A DNA stretch of 64,000 nt from an uncultured Caulobacterales bacterium (GCA_964479275.1 CAYZLR010000003.1:9102-73101), one strand, 5' to 3'. Shown: positions 1-9,695, numbered from the stretch's first letter. Notes: a model not told the origin generated them from the sequence alone. Program-made: numbers and translations.

Positions 1-278
1 TCAAAAGTAATATTCGTTTCCTTCATCCAGGAAATACGGGCGGCTTCCTCACCAATTTCTGCATAAGTTTTTTCAACATGATCAACAAATGCTTGTGCAT
101 CTTGCGCTGTCGCTGGTGCATTTTTAGCATCAAGCGTGCTTGTTGAACTGTTTTCACTGGCTTTTGCTATTTGCAAAGACTCTTCCTGGGCACAAGCGGT
201 CAACAATGCAAAACTTGCCGTGCTGATGGCTAATGACTTCAGGAAAATTGATTTTTGAGATCTGGTTTTCGGGCGCAT
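1..278 (-). CDS. 5' part of a lipoprotein gene that runs off the window edge; the N-terminus resembles bacterial M2 (ACE-like) peptidyl-dipeptidase
   Basis: My own minus-strand translation from ATG 278-276 gives MRPKTRSQKSIFLKSLAISTASFALLTACAQEES...AQAFVDHVEKTYAEIGEEAARISWMKETNITF. GGAGG (plus-strand CCTCC 284-288) lies 5 nt upstream. There is a lipobox LLTAC and no stop before position 1. The family call is from memory of the N-terminal pattern only. Confidence 0.45.
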   Translation of the reverse strand, partial: MRPKTRSQKSIFLKSLAISTASFALLTACAQEESLQIAKASENSSTSTLDAKNAPATAQDAQAFVDHVEKTYAEIGEEAARISWMKETNITF

Positions 279-401
279 GTTATCCTCCAAGGGTCGAAGA
301 CTATTTTTTTGATTGATGGTCATCTTAACGCTGGTGGATTAGCCGATACAAGACAAATTATACCCCATGAAACTCAGGAAATTTATCAAATAGAAGTATG
401 G

Positions 402-971
402 TTATATTTTTTCTGAGATCCGAATGGCCATTTTGCACCCCTGTTTAATCACCGCTTCGAGAATTTTGTAACCCGGCGCATCTTGTGCACCAGCCTCCAG
501 GGCTGTGGCTTTGTGTTCGAGCTCGTCATCACGAAACTCAGAAATCATCTGACTTAACTCTGGCTCGATATCGCGCAGCTCTTCGACCTGCTCAGCGTAA
601 TGTTTTTCAATGACATCTTCCACCGCCGCTGTGCATGCCATCGCACTTTTTTCCCCCATTAAAGCTGTTCCCGCACCCAGCGCAAATCCAGCAAGATTCC
701 AAATCGGTCCCATCAAAGTTGGACGCACATTTCTTTGTACCAGCATGCGATCAAAGCTCTCAAGGTGGTGCTGTTCGCCTTCCTCCATGTGTTTTAGTTC
801 ATCAGAGATTTGCTTTTTGTGTGGCAACCGATCAAAAATAGCTCTTTGCCCACGGTAGATTTGAACCGCTCCATACTCGCCTGCATGATCAACACGTAAC
901 ATTTCTCGAATTCGTGTTGTTTTCGGCCCCGGCTTGGGAAGGTGTTTGTGGTGGATTTTTTCTTCGGACAT
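402..971 (-). CDS. coq7: demethoxyubiquinone hydroxylase (Coq7 family di-iron hydroxylase)
   Basis: 189-aa ORF. The RVDHAGEYGAVQIYRGQ motif and repeated E..H di-iron ligand motifs (EEGEQHH, DELEH) are typical of Coq7. Confidence 0.85.
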   Translation of the reverse strand: MSEEKIHHKHLPKPGPKTTRIREMLRVDHAGEYGAVQIYRGQRAIFDRLPHKKQISDELKHMEEGEQHHLESFDRMLVQRNVRPTLMGPIWNLAGFALGAGTALMGEKSAMACTAAVEDVIEKHYAEQVEELRDIEPELSQMISEFRDDELEHKATALEAGAQDAPGYKILEAVIKQGCKMAIRISEKI

Positions 972-983
972 TAAAATAAATCC

Positions 984-1523
984 TTAAGGTTTTCGATGCT
1001 TATGAATGGCAATATAAGTCGTCAAAGCGCCAATGGCCGTCAGTCCTGCGGAAGCTAACATGTTATAGCCCGCCATCGATATCCCCAAAAATGACCAAGC
1101 CGCTCGATTGCAGGCGATGACCGGGTTATTAGCATTGATACGTTGGGAAAGCTCTTCAATTGATGGTATCGTTTTGATTCCGGAACAAGTTGCCGGGCCC
1201 GGCCAAAACCCAAATTCCACCCCGGTATGATAGAATGCCAACCCCGTACTGAAGAAATAAATCATGGTGAGCGTGCCGACCGCTGCAATCGCCAAAAGTT
1301 TGGCTTTCAATCCCAAAGAGATGCCCAACCCCAAAACAGCAATTGCCAGTGCAGCCCAGTGAGCCTCTCGCTGATCTAGACATAGGGCACAAGGGGTATA
1401 TCCAATGGCTTCAAAAATATGGGCACCCGCAAGCAAAAGGCCACTCCCCAGTGCACCGATTAGAAGGGCTTTTTCAACATTAAGAGGCCCTGAAAAAGAG
1501 CTCAGAACTTTTATTTCTGCCAT
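984..1523 (-). CDS. dsbB: disulfide bond formation protein B family membrane protein
   Basis: 179-aa polytopic ORF with a PCALCLDQR (CxxC..QR) motif in the first periplasmic loop and a second Cys pair (ATCSG..IAC). Confidence 0.7.
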   Translation of the reverse strand: MAEIKVLSSFSGPLNVEKALLIGALGSGLLLAGAHIFEAIGYTPCALCLDQREAHWAALAIAVLGLGISLGLKAKLLAIAAVGTLTMIYFFSTGLAFYHTGVEFGFWPGPATCSGIKTIPSIEELSQRINANNPVIACNRAAWSFLGISMAGYNMLASAGLTAIGALTTYIAIHKHRKP

Positions 1524-1653
1524 ACAAATGACTTAGGACTTAAAGGTTTCAATATCTACAGGCGGATCGTCACAGCTGGTTTCAGAGTTTGGTGATTGAT
1601 GCGCACGGAATCATAAAATCACAATGTTGAAACTTGCAAAATCGAGAGTGATT

Positions 1654-2538
1654 TTATCGCAAACCCTTTATAAAAGCCTCATAACGGTCCATTGCATCGC
1701 GCATATTTTCAGGATGGTGCCAATCACGCCAATCACTCTCGATAAAAGGATCATCAAAAGCATGCTCTGTATCGGGATAAATGGTTTGTTCGATTGAGAT
1801 ACCCTGTTTTTTCAGGTTTTCAAATTCTTTCAGGCATTCCTTATGATTTACAATATGGTCGTCGCCTGCAATCAGTGTCAGAACTTTAGGCTTTTGAACC
1901 CATGGCGCAAATCGAGTGCGAGTACCAATACCGCAATATGGATAAAACAAGATAACACCATCAATTTGAGGCATGCTTTGGCCGGCAAATGCGCCGTTCT
2001 CAAGATTGGCGGACATTCTCTTATCAAAGTCCATGGTGAGATAATCCATCACTGACCACCCGCCATGGGACCAGCCGGTGAGGATGATGCGCTCCTGATC
2101 GATATCCTCGCGTTGTAAAATTAAATCCATGGCCGCTGCAATATCGCCCGCGCGCTCTTGCCCCAACAGCGCCTTGCCAGCGCATACGGTATCAAGGGCC
2201 TGTTGGCGATTAATTTTGCGCGGGCGCATGCTATCCACAATCACGGCTGCATAACCGTTTTTAAGGGCGTTTTCAGCACGCAACTCCTGAAATTCCAGCC
2301 GCGCTCCCGCACATCCATGAAATTGAAAAATAACCGGGTAAGGCCCCGTCCCCCACTCATCTGCATCTGGAGTGCGGACAATGATATTTTGACCAATCAG
2401 CCCTTTCAGCTCAGTCAAACTCATTTTTTCAATTTGATACGCACGCAAGTTAAGGAGTGTTTTTTCACCGATTGTAACGGCAAGCAAAAGAAAAATCCCG
2501 ATTAAGAGTGCAGCAATCAGTAAAATCTTTTTCATCAA
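1654..2538 (-). CDS. dienelactone hydrolase family alpha/beta hydrolase with an N-terminal membrane anchor or signal
   Basis: 294-aa ORF with a hydrophobic N-terminus (MMKKILLIAALLIGIFLLLAV), a GWSHGG nucleophile elbow and a C-terminal His (TEHAFDD). Confidence 0.7.
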   Translation of the reverse strand: MMKKILLIAALLIGIFLLLAVTIGEKTLLNLRAYQIEKMSLTELKGLIGQNIIVRTPDADEWGTGPYPVIFQFHGCAGARLEFQELRAENALKNGYAAVIVDSMRPRKINRQQALDTVCAGKALLGQERAGDIAAAMDLILQREDIDQERIILTGWSHGGWSVMDYLTMDFDKRMSANLENGAFAGQSMPQIDGVILFYPYCGIGTRTRFAPWVQKPKVLTLIAGDDHIVNHKECLKEFENLKKQGISIEQTIYPDTEHAFDDPFIESDWRDWHHPENMRDAMDRYEAFIKGLR

Positions 2539-2601
2539 TCAAGGCCCTTTCTACGAACATGTCGTACTACAAACACGCCCTGTTCGCAAAACTGGCTTAG
2601 A

Positions 2602-3603
2602 TCACATCAAGCCAGCCTCTTTTGCAAGTCCCAATAGCGGTTGCTCGGGCCGTGGCCCCATATGGCTAATGATTTCTGCCGCCGCCAAAGAGCCAAGAGC
2701 ACCAGCACGGGCTAGATCAAATCCACGCGCAATTCCAAACAAAAAGCCTGCGGCATAGGCATCCCCCGCACCAGTCGTGTCTTCAAGTTTTGTTGGTTCA
2801 ATAGCATCGACAAAGACGCTTTCGCCGTTGCGTGGCACAATGAGCGAGCCTTTTTCACTTCTGGTAATTGCTGTCAACGGACATAGCGCTCTGGCTTTCT
2901 CTTGCATTTCGTCAAGATTGTCTGTTTCAAACAGGGTTTGTGCTTCTGCCTCATTGGCAAGAACAATATCAATATGGTTAGGGATAAAGTTCTTCATCAC
3001 CTCATGCTGTCGGTCAACACAGCCTATGTCGGACAAAGTCAATGCCGATTTGCTACCGACCCGGCGCGCAATATCACATGCTTTTACGAAAGCTTCGCGG
3101 GCAACAGGTTGTTCAAACATATACCCTTCAAAAAAAGTCACGCTCGCGCGGGTGATCTGATCTTCGTCAATATCATTCACACCGACATTCGCCGCAGCCC
3201 CAAGATAAGTCATCATCGAGCGTTCAGCATCCGGAGTCACATTGATCAAACACCGTCCAGTCCCGGGGCCATCTGCGGGAGAGGGGTCATGGATGAATTC
3301 AACGCCCTGGTTTTGTAAATCCTTATTAAAGGTGTCGCCTAGCTTATCATCAGCAACTTTGCCAACAAACCCGCCAGCGCCGCCCAAAGATGCAACACAA
3401 GCAATAGAATTGGCTGCGGACCCACCAGAAACCTCAATGCAATCTCTCATATCGGCATAGATTTTGGTGGCTTGTTCTTGCTCAATTAAGGTCATGCCAC
3501 CTTTTGCGATTTGGTGGTTGGCGAGAAATGCATCATCACACTTTGCCAACACATCGACAATTGCATTGCCAACCCCGACAACATCGAGTTTCGGTTTCGC
3601 CAT
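2602..3603 (-). CDS. PfkB-family carbohydrate/nucleoside kinase, probably adenosine kinase
   Basis: Motifs VVGVGNAIVDVL and DTTGAGDAYAAGFL are present. I prefer ATG 3603 (MAKPKLDV...), which has GAAGGA about 7 nt upstream, over the ORF-track start at 3618, which has no SD. Confidence 0.8.
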   Translation of the reverse strand: MAKPKLDVVGVGNAIVDVLAKCDDAFLANHQIAKGGMTLIEQEQATKIYADMRDCIEVSGGSAANSIACVASLGGAGGFVGKVADDKLGDTFNKDLQNQGVEFIHDPSPADGPGTGRCLINVTPDAERSMMTYLGAAANVGVNDIDEDQITRASVTFFEGYMFEQPVAREAFVKACDIARRVGSKSALTLSDIGCVDRQHEVMKNFIPNHIDIVLANEAEAQTLFETDNLDEMQEKARALCPLTAITRSEKGSLIVPRNGESVFVDAIEPTKLEDTTGAGDAYAAGFLFGIARGFDLARAGALGSLAAAEIISHMGPRPEQPLLGLAKEAGLM

Positions 3604-3935
3604 TTCTATATCCTTCATTTATTGTGGATCTTTGTTGATCCTACCTTTGGAGCCTGGTGATTGCGGCATTATCATCAATGCGATGGACCGGAACCAGAAA
3701 ATGTTTGCGTGACAGGTCTATAGAAAGGACACTGCCATCTGGCAAGACCTTGAAATCCGCCAAATGGATAGCGCAAATGAGGGCATTCATCTTGGTCAGC
3801 AAACGAGCCGGGTTGAGACCTTGTTCATCTTTACACTTTATTTTATGGCAAATGGGTCTATCCGCTGTGCATGAAAATGCCCAGATGGTGACTTGAAGAA
3901 TAAAACCAGTTGGTGTTGCAGGTGTGGAGTTGGGG

Positions 3936-4448
3936 ATGATCGTAAAACTGATGACGGATAAGAGCAAAAATAGATTTCAGCTATTGGGCATTATGATGGT
4001 GACAACGACCATGATTTCTGCATGTGCTAGCTCGCCACGCCTGCCTTTTATGGGTGATCGCCAAGCTTCTGCGAACGCACCCTCAAGCCCATCATCCGAT
4101 ATTCATGGTGCACATGAAGACAGAAACGAATTCGCTAATCCTCATAGGAATGTTGAGGGCGGGCCAGTGGAGAAAAAACAAATCGCGCCTGCCGCTCCTG
4201 CATTCATCAGAACGGATCTTCTCGGTCTTTCTCCATTACAGCTCGATCAGTTGCTAGGTACACCAGCGCTCGTGAATAATTCCGGTGGCGATGGTCAGTT
4301 GCGTCGTTATGATAATAACAAATGTAACTTAATCATTTTAATGCGCCGCGATGCTTCAGGACACATGGTCTCAGATTCCATGCGCGCATCACAAAAAAAT
4401 TCTTCCGAACAAAGACCTTTATTGCAAGATTGCCTAAACGGATTTTAA
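3936..4448 (+). CDS. small lipoprotein of unknown function
   Basis: The signal peptide has a KSKNR n-region, a hydrophobic core and a lipobox MISAC. A Ser/Pro-rich linker is followed by an approximately 80-aa domain. GGAG (3927-3930) precedes ATG 3936; alternative starts are GTG 3924 and ATG 3951. Confidence 0.6.
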   Translation: MIVKLMTDKSKNRFQLLGIMMVTTTMISACASSPRLPFMGDRQASANAPSSPSSDIHGAHEDRNEFANPHRNVEGGPVEKKQIAPAAPAFIRTDLLGLSPLQLDQLLGTPALVNNSGGDGQLRRYDNNKCNLIILMRRDASGHMVSDSMRASQKNSSEQRPLLQDCLNGF

Positions 4449-4474
4449 TACATCAATCGATAAATTTAAAAAAC

Positions 4475-5980
4475 TCAAAATTGCCGCGTAACGCCGACAT
4501 TGGCTCTATGGCGATTGAAATTAAATCGTTCCGCATTCGAAGAGTTACGCAAATATTGATAACTAAATACTGGCGCAAAACCAAACAAACGCCAATCGCG
4601 TTTGGTGATAAATATTGATGCGCCATAAGTCCAATCTTCGCGCCTTACTCCTTCAACACTATCAAACTCATCAAAGCGGCGGAAATAAACATCAGGCCCA
4701 ACTTCCGCAGATATACCAAAGGGTAACTCACGGCGATAGCCCGCACGCCATTGAAAGGCTGTGTTTTGCAAAGGTGCTAGTTGGGTTTGTTCTCTGGTGA
4801 TGGTTAAACTGGAGCGCACCGAACTTTGAGCAGATAACGCATGGCGTAATGTCCCGGCAAAGAAATATAATTGACCATTACGCGAGAAATCAAAATCATA
4901 ATCTACGGCTGCAGCGCCCAGCTTCATCGTCAAGCCAGTTTTATCACTCAACCCTTTTTCTAAATTAAGCTCGCCGCCAATGGTTCGGTTAAATCCACGA
5001 CCGCCAAAAATTCTACGCTTTGCAGTTGCTAATACACTGATCGCAAAGTTTTTTGTTTCATAGCGCGGCCCTGCTTCTGCGGTAATAATTAAATCATCAA
5101 AGGTGCGGTTCTCCTGATCAGTAAATGTCGCGCCGCCGCGCGCTTGTAATCGCCAATGCTTAGTCAGACGCGGAAATACTTCGCCAAATAAAGATGCCGT
5201 AACGCCGATGCCAGATCTTGCCAGCGCATTATCGTTTAATTCAAATTGTAGACCATTGAGTTGTACAAAAGGATCACGCGGGGCAGCTGCAACATTAGTA
5301 TCAGGCACAACAGCCGCGCGTGCACTGATGCGCCATATTTTTCTCTTTTGTATAAGATAGAGAAAGGCACGGATTTTCTCAATTGTGTCTTCTGGTAAAC
5401 CTCCTGCAAGGGCTAATCTAAAATGAAATGCCGCCGCACGATCCTGTCTCAAATTGAACAAAGATCGCGCCAATTCAAGGCGTACACGAACCAATTCAGG
5501 TTGATGATCAATAATGGTGCGATAAATTTCTACTGCAGTCTTAAAATCTTGTTGATGAAACGCCACTTGCCCACGTAAAAATGCAACCTCAGTAGCATCA
5601 AGGCTTTCATCTGGCGCACTTTCTAAGCCTGAGAGAATTTTGTCTGCGGTAGCATATTTTTTCTCAGCAATTAATTTGCGCACCAGCACCAGGCCTTCTG
5701 AGGGGGTCATGCGCACTTGCACGTGCGACCCTTCGCGCAACATTGGTTTTGGCAATGGCGACTTAGCCGATTCTACTAGTTTTTTTGATTGTGAGGGGTT
5801 TGTCTGAATATCATCAGGAGCATGATTATGATCGGAAAGAGCATTTGCCTCCTTTTTACCCTGCAATTGCGGCGCTAAATCTTGTGTGTACGCCAGAATT
5901 TTATCGCTGAAGAAAGCGCCGACAAAAACTGCGACAACCATGATCATGCGCGTAAATATAAAACCGTGATAAAACCGCAT
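4475..5980 (-). CDS. outer-membrane protein with N-terminal TPR-like repeats and a C-terminal DUF560 / surface lipoprotein assembly modifier (Slam)-like beta-barrel
   Basis: The C-terminus ...RREDWTYGASIFITKRDWRLFGFAPVFSYQYLRNSSNAERFNFNRHRANVGVTRQF has a terminal Phe and the R.D...G..P...Y.Y.RN.SN pattern I associate with DUF560. The middle of the protein contains TPR-like helices. The probable start is ATG 5980 (MRFYHGFIFTRMIMVVAVFVGAFF signal); the ORF track extends to 6076. Confidence 0.6.
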   Translation of the reverse strand: MRFYHGFIFTRMIMVVAVFVGAFFSDKILAYTQDLAPQLQGKKEANALSDHNHAPDDIQTNPSQSKKLVESAKSPLPKPMLREGSHVQVRMTPSEGLVLVRKLIAEKKYATADKILSGLESAPDESLDATEVAFLRGQVAFHQQDFKTAVEIYRTIIDHQPELVRVRLELARSLFNLRQDRAAAFHFRLALAGGLPEDTIEKIRAFLYLIQKRKIWRISARAAVVPDTNVAAAPRDPFVQLNGLQFELNDNALARSGIGVTASLFGEVFPRLTKHWRLQARGGATFTDQENRTFDDLIITAEAGPRYETKNFAISVLATAKRRIFGGRGFNRTIGGELNLEKGLSDKTGLTMKLGAAAVDYDFDFSRNGQLYFFAGTLRHALSAQSSVRSSLTITREQTQLAPLQNTAFQWRAGYRRELPFGISAEVGPDVYFRRFDEFDSVEGVRREDWTYGASIFITKRDWRLFGFAPVFSYQYLRNSSNAERFNFNRHRANVGVTRQF

Positions 5981-6216
5981 GAAAATGAAAGACCCGACCG
6001 TAATTACATCTTTAATGGTTAGGGCAGGAAAACAATGCCGCCGCCAACTTGGTAGCAAACACCAACCCGGCATCAAGGTAGCGCGAACATGGTTAAATTT
6101 GCGTTAGATTGACGGCTGTAAAAACCTTAAAACTCAATCATTTATCAATCTCGCATCCGCTTGATTTCGTCAGCTCATCAGGGATGGTTTGACTCAAAAA
6201 ATAACCATAATAAAAT

Positions 6217-6231
6217 GTTCTTTATTTGTTC
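6217..6231 (+). promoter_or_regulatory. candidate alphaproteobacterial LexA (SOS) box, GTTC-N7-GTTC
   Basis: The exact direct repeat GTTC tttattt GTTC (extended: TGTTC-N6-TGTTC) ends 42 nt upstream of the comM ATG at 6274. Confidence 0.5.
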
Positions 6232-6273
6232 TGTTTTCTGTGCTAAGCTAACCGAAAAAGAGGGGAGCAGCTT

Positions 6274-7917
6274 ATGGTTGCACAAATTACAACTTTTGCT
6301 TTTCATGGCGTTGAGGCTCGAAAAGTTGTGGCGCAAGTACAGCTTACAGGGGGAGCAAACGGATTCTCAATTGTTGGCTTACCAGACAAAGCCGTATCAG
6401 AGGCTAGAGAGCGCGTACGTGCAGCCCTGTCCGCGGTAGGACTGGGCCTACCGCCAAAGCGTATTACCGTTAACCTTGCCCCGGCAGATCTTCCCAAAGA
6501 AGGCAGCCACTTTGATTTACCTATTGCCCTTGCATTATTGATCGAGATTGGAGCCCTACCCAAAGATGCCGTTGGCGATTTTGCCGTCATCGGCGAATTA
6601 GGACTTGATGGCTCCATTACAGCTGTGACCGGGGCCCTACCGGCAGCTATTGCCGCTAATAGTCTTGATCTTGGTTTGATCTGCCCAGCTGCTTGCGGGG
6701 CCGAAGCAGCTTGGGCAACCAGTAGCTCGCCAATTTCGGATAAAAGGCATCACGGCGCGGCCATACTCGCCCCTAAGAGTCTGATTCAATTAGTTAATCA
6801 TTTTAAAGGGACACAAGTGCTCAACCCGCCAGAGCCAGGCGGACTCGCGAAAAGTGCGGCCATACCTGATATGATTGATGTGCGCGGTCAGGAAACAGCG
6901 AAACGAGCCTTGGAGATTGCAGCCGCTGGGGGTCATAATCTGTTGATGGTGGGACCACCAGGAGCTGGCAAATCTATGCTGGCAGCACGGCTCCCCGGCT
7001 TGTTACCCCCTTTGACTGCTGCTGAAATGTTAGAAGTATCCATGATACAATCCATGGCCGGACATCTTGATAATGGTCAATTGACAAGAGCGCGCCCCTT
7101 TAGAGCCCCACATCATTCGGCCTCAATGGCCGCTATGGTCGGCGGTGGGATCAGAGCTAAACCAGGAGAAGCCTCTCTCGCCCATAATGGGGTGCTATTT
7201 CTTGATGAACTCCCGGAATTTTCTGCTACCGTTCTTGATAGTCTACGCCAACCCCTTGAAACCGGTGATATTTTAATTGCCCGAGCTAATTTTCATGTTC
7301 GATACCCAGCCCGTTTTCAACTCATTGCTGCCATGAACCCTTGCAAATGTGGGTATGGCCGGGCCAGTGGCCGGGCTTGCGGACGTGGGCCTAATTGTGA
7401 ACAGGTTTATCAGTCCAGAATCTCAGGTCCATTTCTCGATCGTATGGATTTGTCAGTAGCCCTACCAGCGGTGACACCTTATGATCTTGGCGGGCCTGCT
7501 ACTGGAGAGAGTTCTGCTGATATTGCAAAACGGGTCGTTGCCGCGCGGGAAATGCAATTAAACAGAACTGGAAAAGAACAAGACCTTCACCATGAGGGAG
7601 ACTTATGTACGATAGATATGAGCCATAACAATAAAATTGGCCACACAAACACAGCACTACCCGATGCTTTATTGATGAAATTTGCCAAACCTGATGAGGA
7701 TGGCAAGGCATTATTAATGCGCGCAGTCGACGCCATGGCTTTATCGGCACGAGGCTATCATCGGATTTTAAGAGTTGCGAGGACCCTTGCAGATTTAGAT
7801 GCCAGCGAAGAAGTAAAACGTCGACATATTGCCGAAGCTATCAGTTTTCGCTTAACTACGACCAGTTTAAATTCCCTAAACCAAGCTGAAACATCAACCA
7901 GCATGGCCCTACCATAG
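6274..7917 (+). CDS. comM: YifB/ComM family Mg-chelatase-like AAA+ ATPase
   Basis: 547-aa ORF with an N-terminal Lon-protease-like domain (GLPDKAVSEARERV), Walker A GPPGAGKSM, Walker B VLFLDELPEF and a C-terminal RGYHRILRVARTLADL. GAGGGGAG lies upstream of the ATG. Confidence 0.9.
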   Translation: MVAQITTFAFHGVEARKVVAQVQLTGGANGFSIVGLPDKAVSEARERVRAALSAVGLGLPPKRITVNLAPADLPKEGSHFDLPIALALLIEIGALPKDAVGDFAVIGELGLDGSITAVTGALPAAIAANSLDLGLICPAACGAEAAWATSSSPISDKRHHGAAILAPKSLIQLVNHFKGTQVLNPPEPGGLAKSAAIPDMIDVRGQETAKRALEIAAAGGHNLLMVGPPGAGKSMLAARLPGLLPPLTAAEMLEVSMIQSMAGHLDNGQLTRARPFRAPHHSASMAAMVGGGIRAKPGEASLAHNGVLFLDELPEFSATVLDSLRQPLETGDILIARANFHVRYPARFQLIAAMNPCKCGYGRASGRACGRGPNCEQVYQSRISGPFLDRMDLSVALPAVTPYDLGGPATGESSADIAKRVVAAREMQLNRTGKEQDLHHEGDLCTIDMSHNNKIGHTNTALPDALLMKFAKPDEDGKALLMRAVDAMALSARGYHRILRVARTLADLDASEEVKRRHIAEAISFRLTTTSLNSLNQAETSTSMALP

Positions 7918-7947
7918 CATTTTAAATACTATCTATGGCTGTAACGA

Positions 7948-8955
7948 TTATTCGATTTCGAATGATTTCGTAAATTGCGCAACGATCTTATCGCGGCGTA
8001 AGAGACGGTATGTCCCTTGATACGTGCCTTTTTGCCAACCTTCGCCTGGGCGCTTTTTCCCGGCATAGGCAAACCAAGCAATATTGTTTTTTTCAAGTTT
8101 TCTCTTGTGATTTATATAAGTATGGCCATCAGGTAGTGTAATCAGAATCTCTTGAATATCACCGGCCTGACTACCAAAAACATCCGCCCACAGCACCAAG
8201 GCTGGGCTATCTGTTGTAATTTCAGTTTGGTCATACTCTCCAGCTCTGGCTTTTTCGATATTTGCGCCTTCGGATATAAATCCAGCATTTAATATTCCGG
8301 TTGCACGATAAGGAATAGCTTGTAGCGCTGTTTGAGACCATAAAGGTTTGCGCAGCATATTACATTGGTATGGCTCGGCATTATCTTCACGGAGCCCAAC
8401 AAACGGATCCACTGGATTACCCTGATGACGAACACTAAATTCAACATGAGGAAATTCGGTATTACCGGACAAGCCGATCTCACCTAAAATATCGCCGGCT
8501 TTTACCTCGTCTCCTGGCTTTACGCGGACAGTACCTTTTTTTAAGTGACTATATTGCGTCTCCCACCCTTCTTCATGGCTAAGGACTACAGCATTTCCAG
8601 CATCACGACCTTTAATTGTTGCCCTATCAATATTACGCACCGAGATATCATCCATCCCGTCGCGGCGGGCGCGAACAACACCATCTGCTGCTGCAATAAC
8701 TGGTATGCCTTTTTTCATGATGGCGAGGTTAGCAACCCGAAAATCAGCCCCCGTATCGCCATCAAGCGATAGACGTCCGCAGGCATAATCTCTTCTTTCT
8801 GGGCCCGGGTCATGATCCATAAATTTATGGATCGAACACACCTTCTTCATATCGCAATCAACAGGTAATTGAAGTTCAAATTTATCTGCTGAGCGAGCAC
8901 CAACTGATAATGAAGCAATGCCGATAGCGGTAATTAAAAGACATGATTTTTTCAT
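7948..8955 (-). CDS. secreted M23 family metallopeptidase
   Basis: Signal peptide MKKSCLLITAIGIASLSVGARSA is present, along with the M23 motifs DGVVRARRDG...YSHLKKG...GLSGNTEFPHVEFSV. ATG 8955 is preferred over the TTG at 8970. Confidence 0.8.
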   Translation of the reverse strand: MKKSCLLITAIGIASLSVGARSADKFELQLPVDCDMKKVCSIHKFMDHDPGPERRDYACGRLSLDGDTGADFRVANLAIMKKGIPVIAAADGVVRARRDGMDDISVRNIDRATIKGRDAGNAVVLSHEEGWETQYSHLKKGTVRVKPGDEVKAGDILGEIGLSGNTEFPHVEFSVRHQGNPVDPFVGLREDNAEPYQCNMLRKPLWSQTALQAIPYRATGILNAGFISEGANIEKARAGEYDQTEITTDSPALVLWADVFGSQAGDIQEILITLPDGHTYINHKRKLEKNNIAWFAYAGKKRPGEGWQKGTYQGTYRLLRRDKIVAQFTKSFEIE

Positions 8956-9055
8956 AAAAAAACCGACCAAAACCCTTTTATTATATAACTAGTTTTGCTA
9001 CCGAAATTATACCTGATTTAGTTTCTAAAATATCTAATGAAACCACTTTTTTTGA

Positions 9056-9673
9056 TTAATATCCTATCACGTGAAAGCGGCGCAATGCTTTTAAAACAGG
9101 GCTCAGCGGTAGGCCCATAACTGCATAATAATCACCCTCGATATGATCAAATAAGCGTATCCCAAGACCTTCAACATGGTAAGCCCCAACTGATTTTAAG
9201 ATGGTTTCGTCAGCTTCAAGGAAATATTGGTCAAGTTCTTGTCTCGAATAATCGCGCAGGAAAAGATGAGGTCGCTCTATATTTTGCCATATGATCTCGC
9301 CATCTTGTACAAGGACACAAGCATTAATTAAGGAGTGGGATTTATTTCTCATTTCATACAAGCGCTCTTTTGCATCAGCCATAGATGTGGGTTTGTCAAA
9401 AAGACCGCCTTCAAATTCTAAAATTTGATCTGACCCTAAAATGATGTGGTCGCTATTTTTTTTAATCGCGCGGGCTTTTGCAATCGCTAAATCCATTGCA
9501 ATCGTTTCCAGATCGTCTCCTCTAGCCAAACCTACTTTTTTAAGGCTGTCTTCATCAGTATTAGTTTTGATAATATCAAAAGGAATACCAGCATTTTTTA
9601 AAATTGTAGCTCGAATTTGGCTTCCCGATGCCAATATTAATTTTGGTATGGATGTTTTTTCGGCGATTTCCAT
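9056..9673 (-). CDS. maf: Maf family nucleoside triphosphate pyrophosphatase
   Basis: 205-aa ORF with LILASGSQIRATILKNAGIPF and GAYHVEGLG motifs. Confidence 0.85.
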   Translation of the reverse strand: MEIAEKTSIPKLILASGSQIRATILKNAGIPFDIIKTNTDEDSLKKVGLARGDDLETIAMDLAIAKARAIKKNSDHIILGSDQILEFEGGLFDKPTSMADAKERLYEMRNKSHSLINACVLVQDGEIIWQNIERPHLFLRDYSRQELDQYFLEADETILKSVGAYHVEGLGIRLFDHIEGDYYAVMGLPLSPVLKALRRFHVIGY

Positions 9674-9695
9674 AAAGTATGACTCATTTTGTCTG

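Noticed and set aside
9063-9078. A parS-like sequence, CCTATCACGTGAAAGC, at the 3' end of maf.
   Set aside because: It matches the parS consensus at only 11 of 16 positions (the central CACGTGAAA plus two others). It is unlikely to bind ParB specifically.
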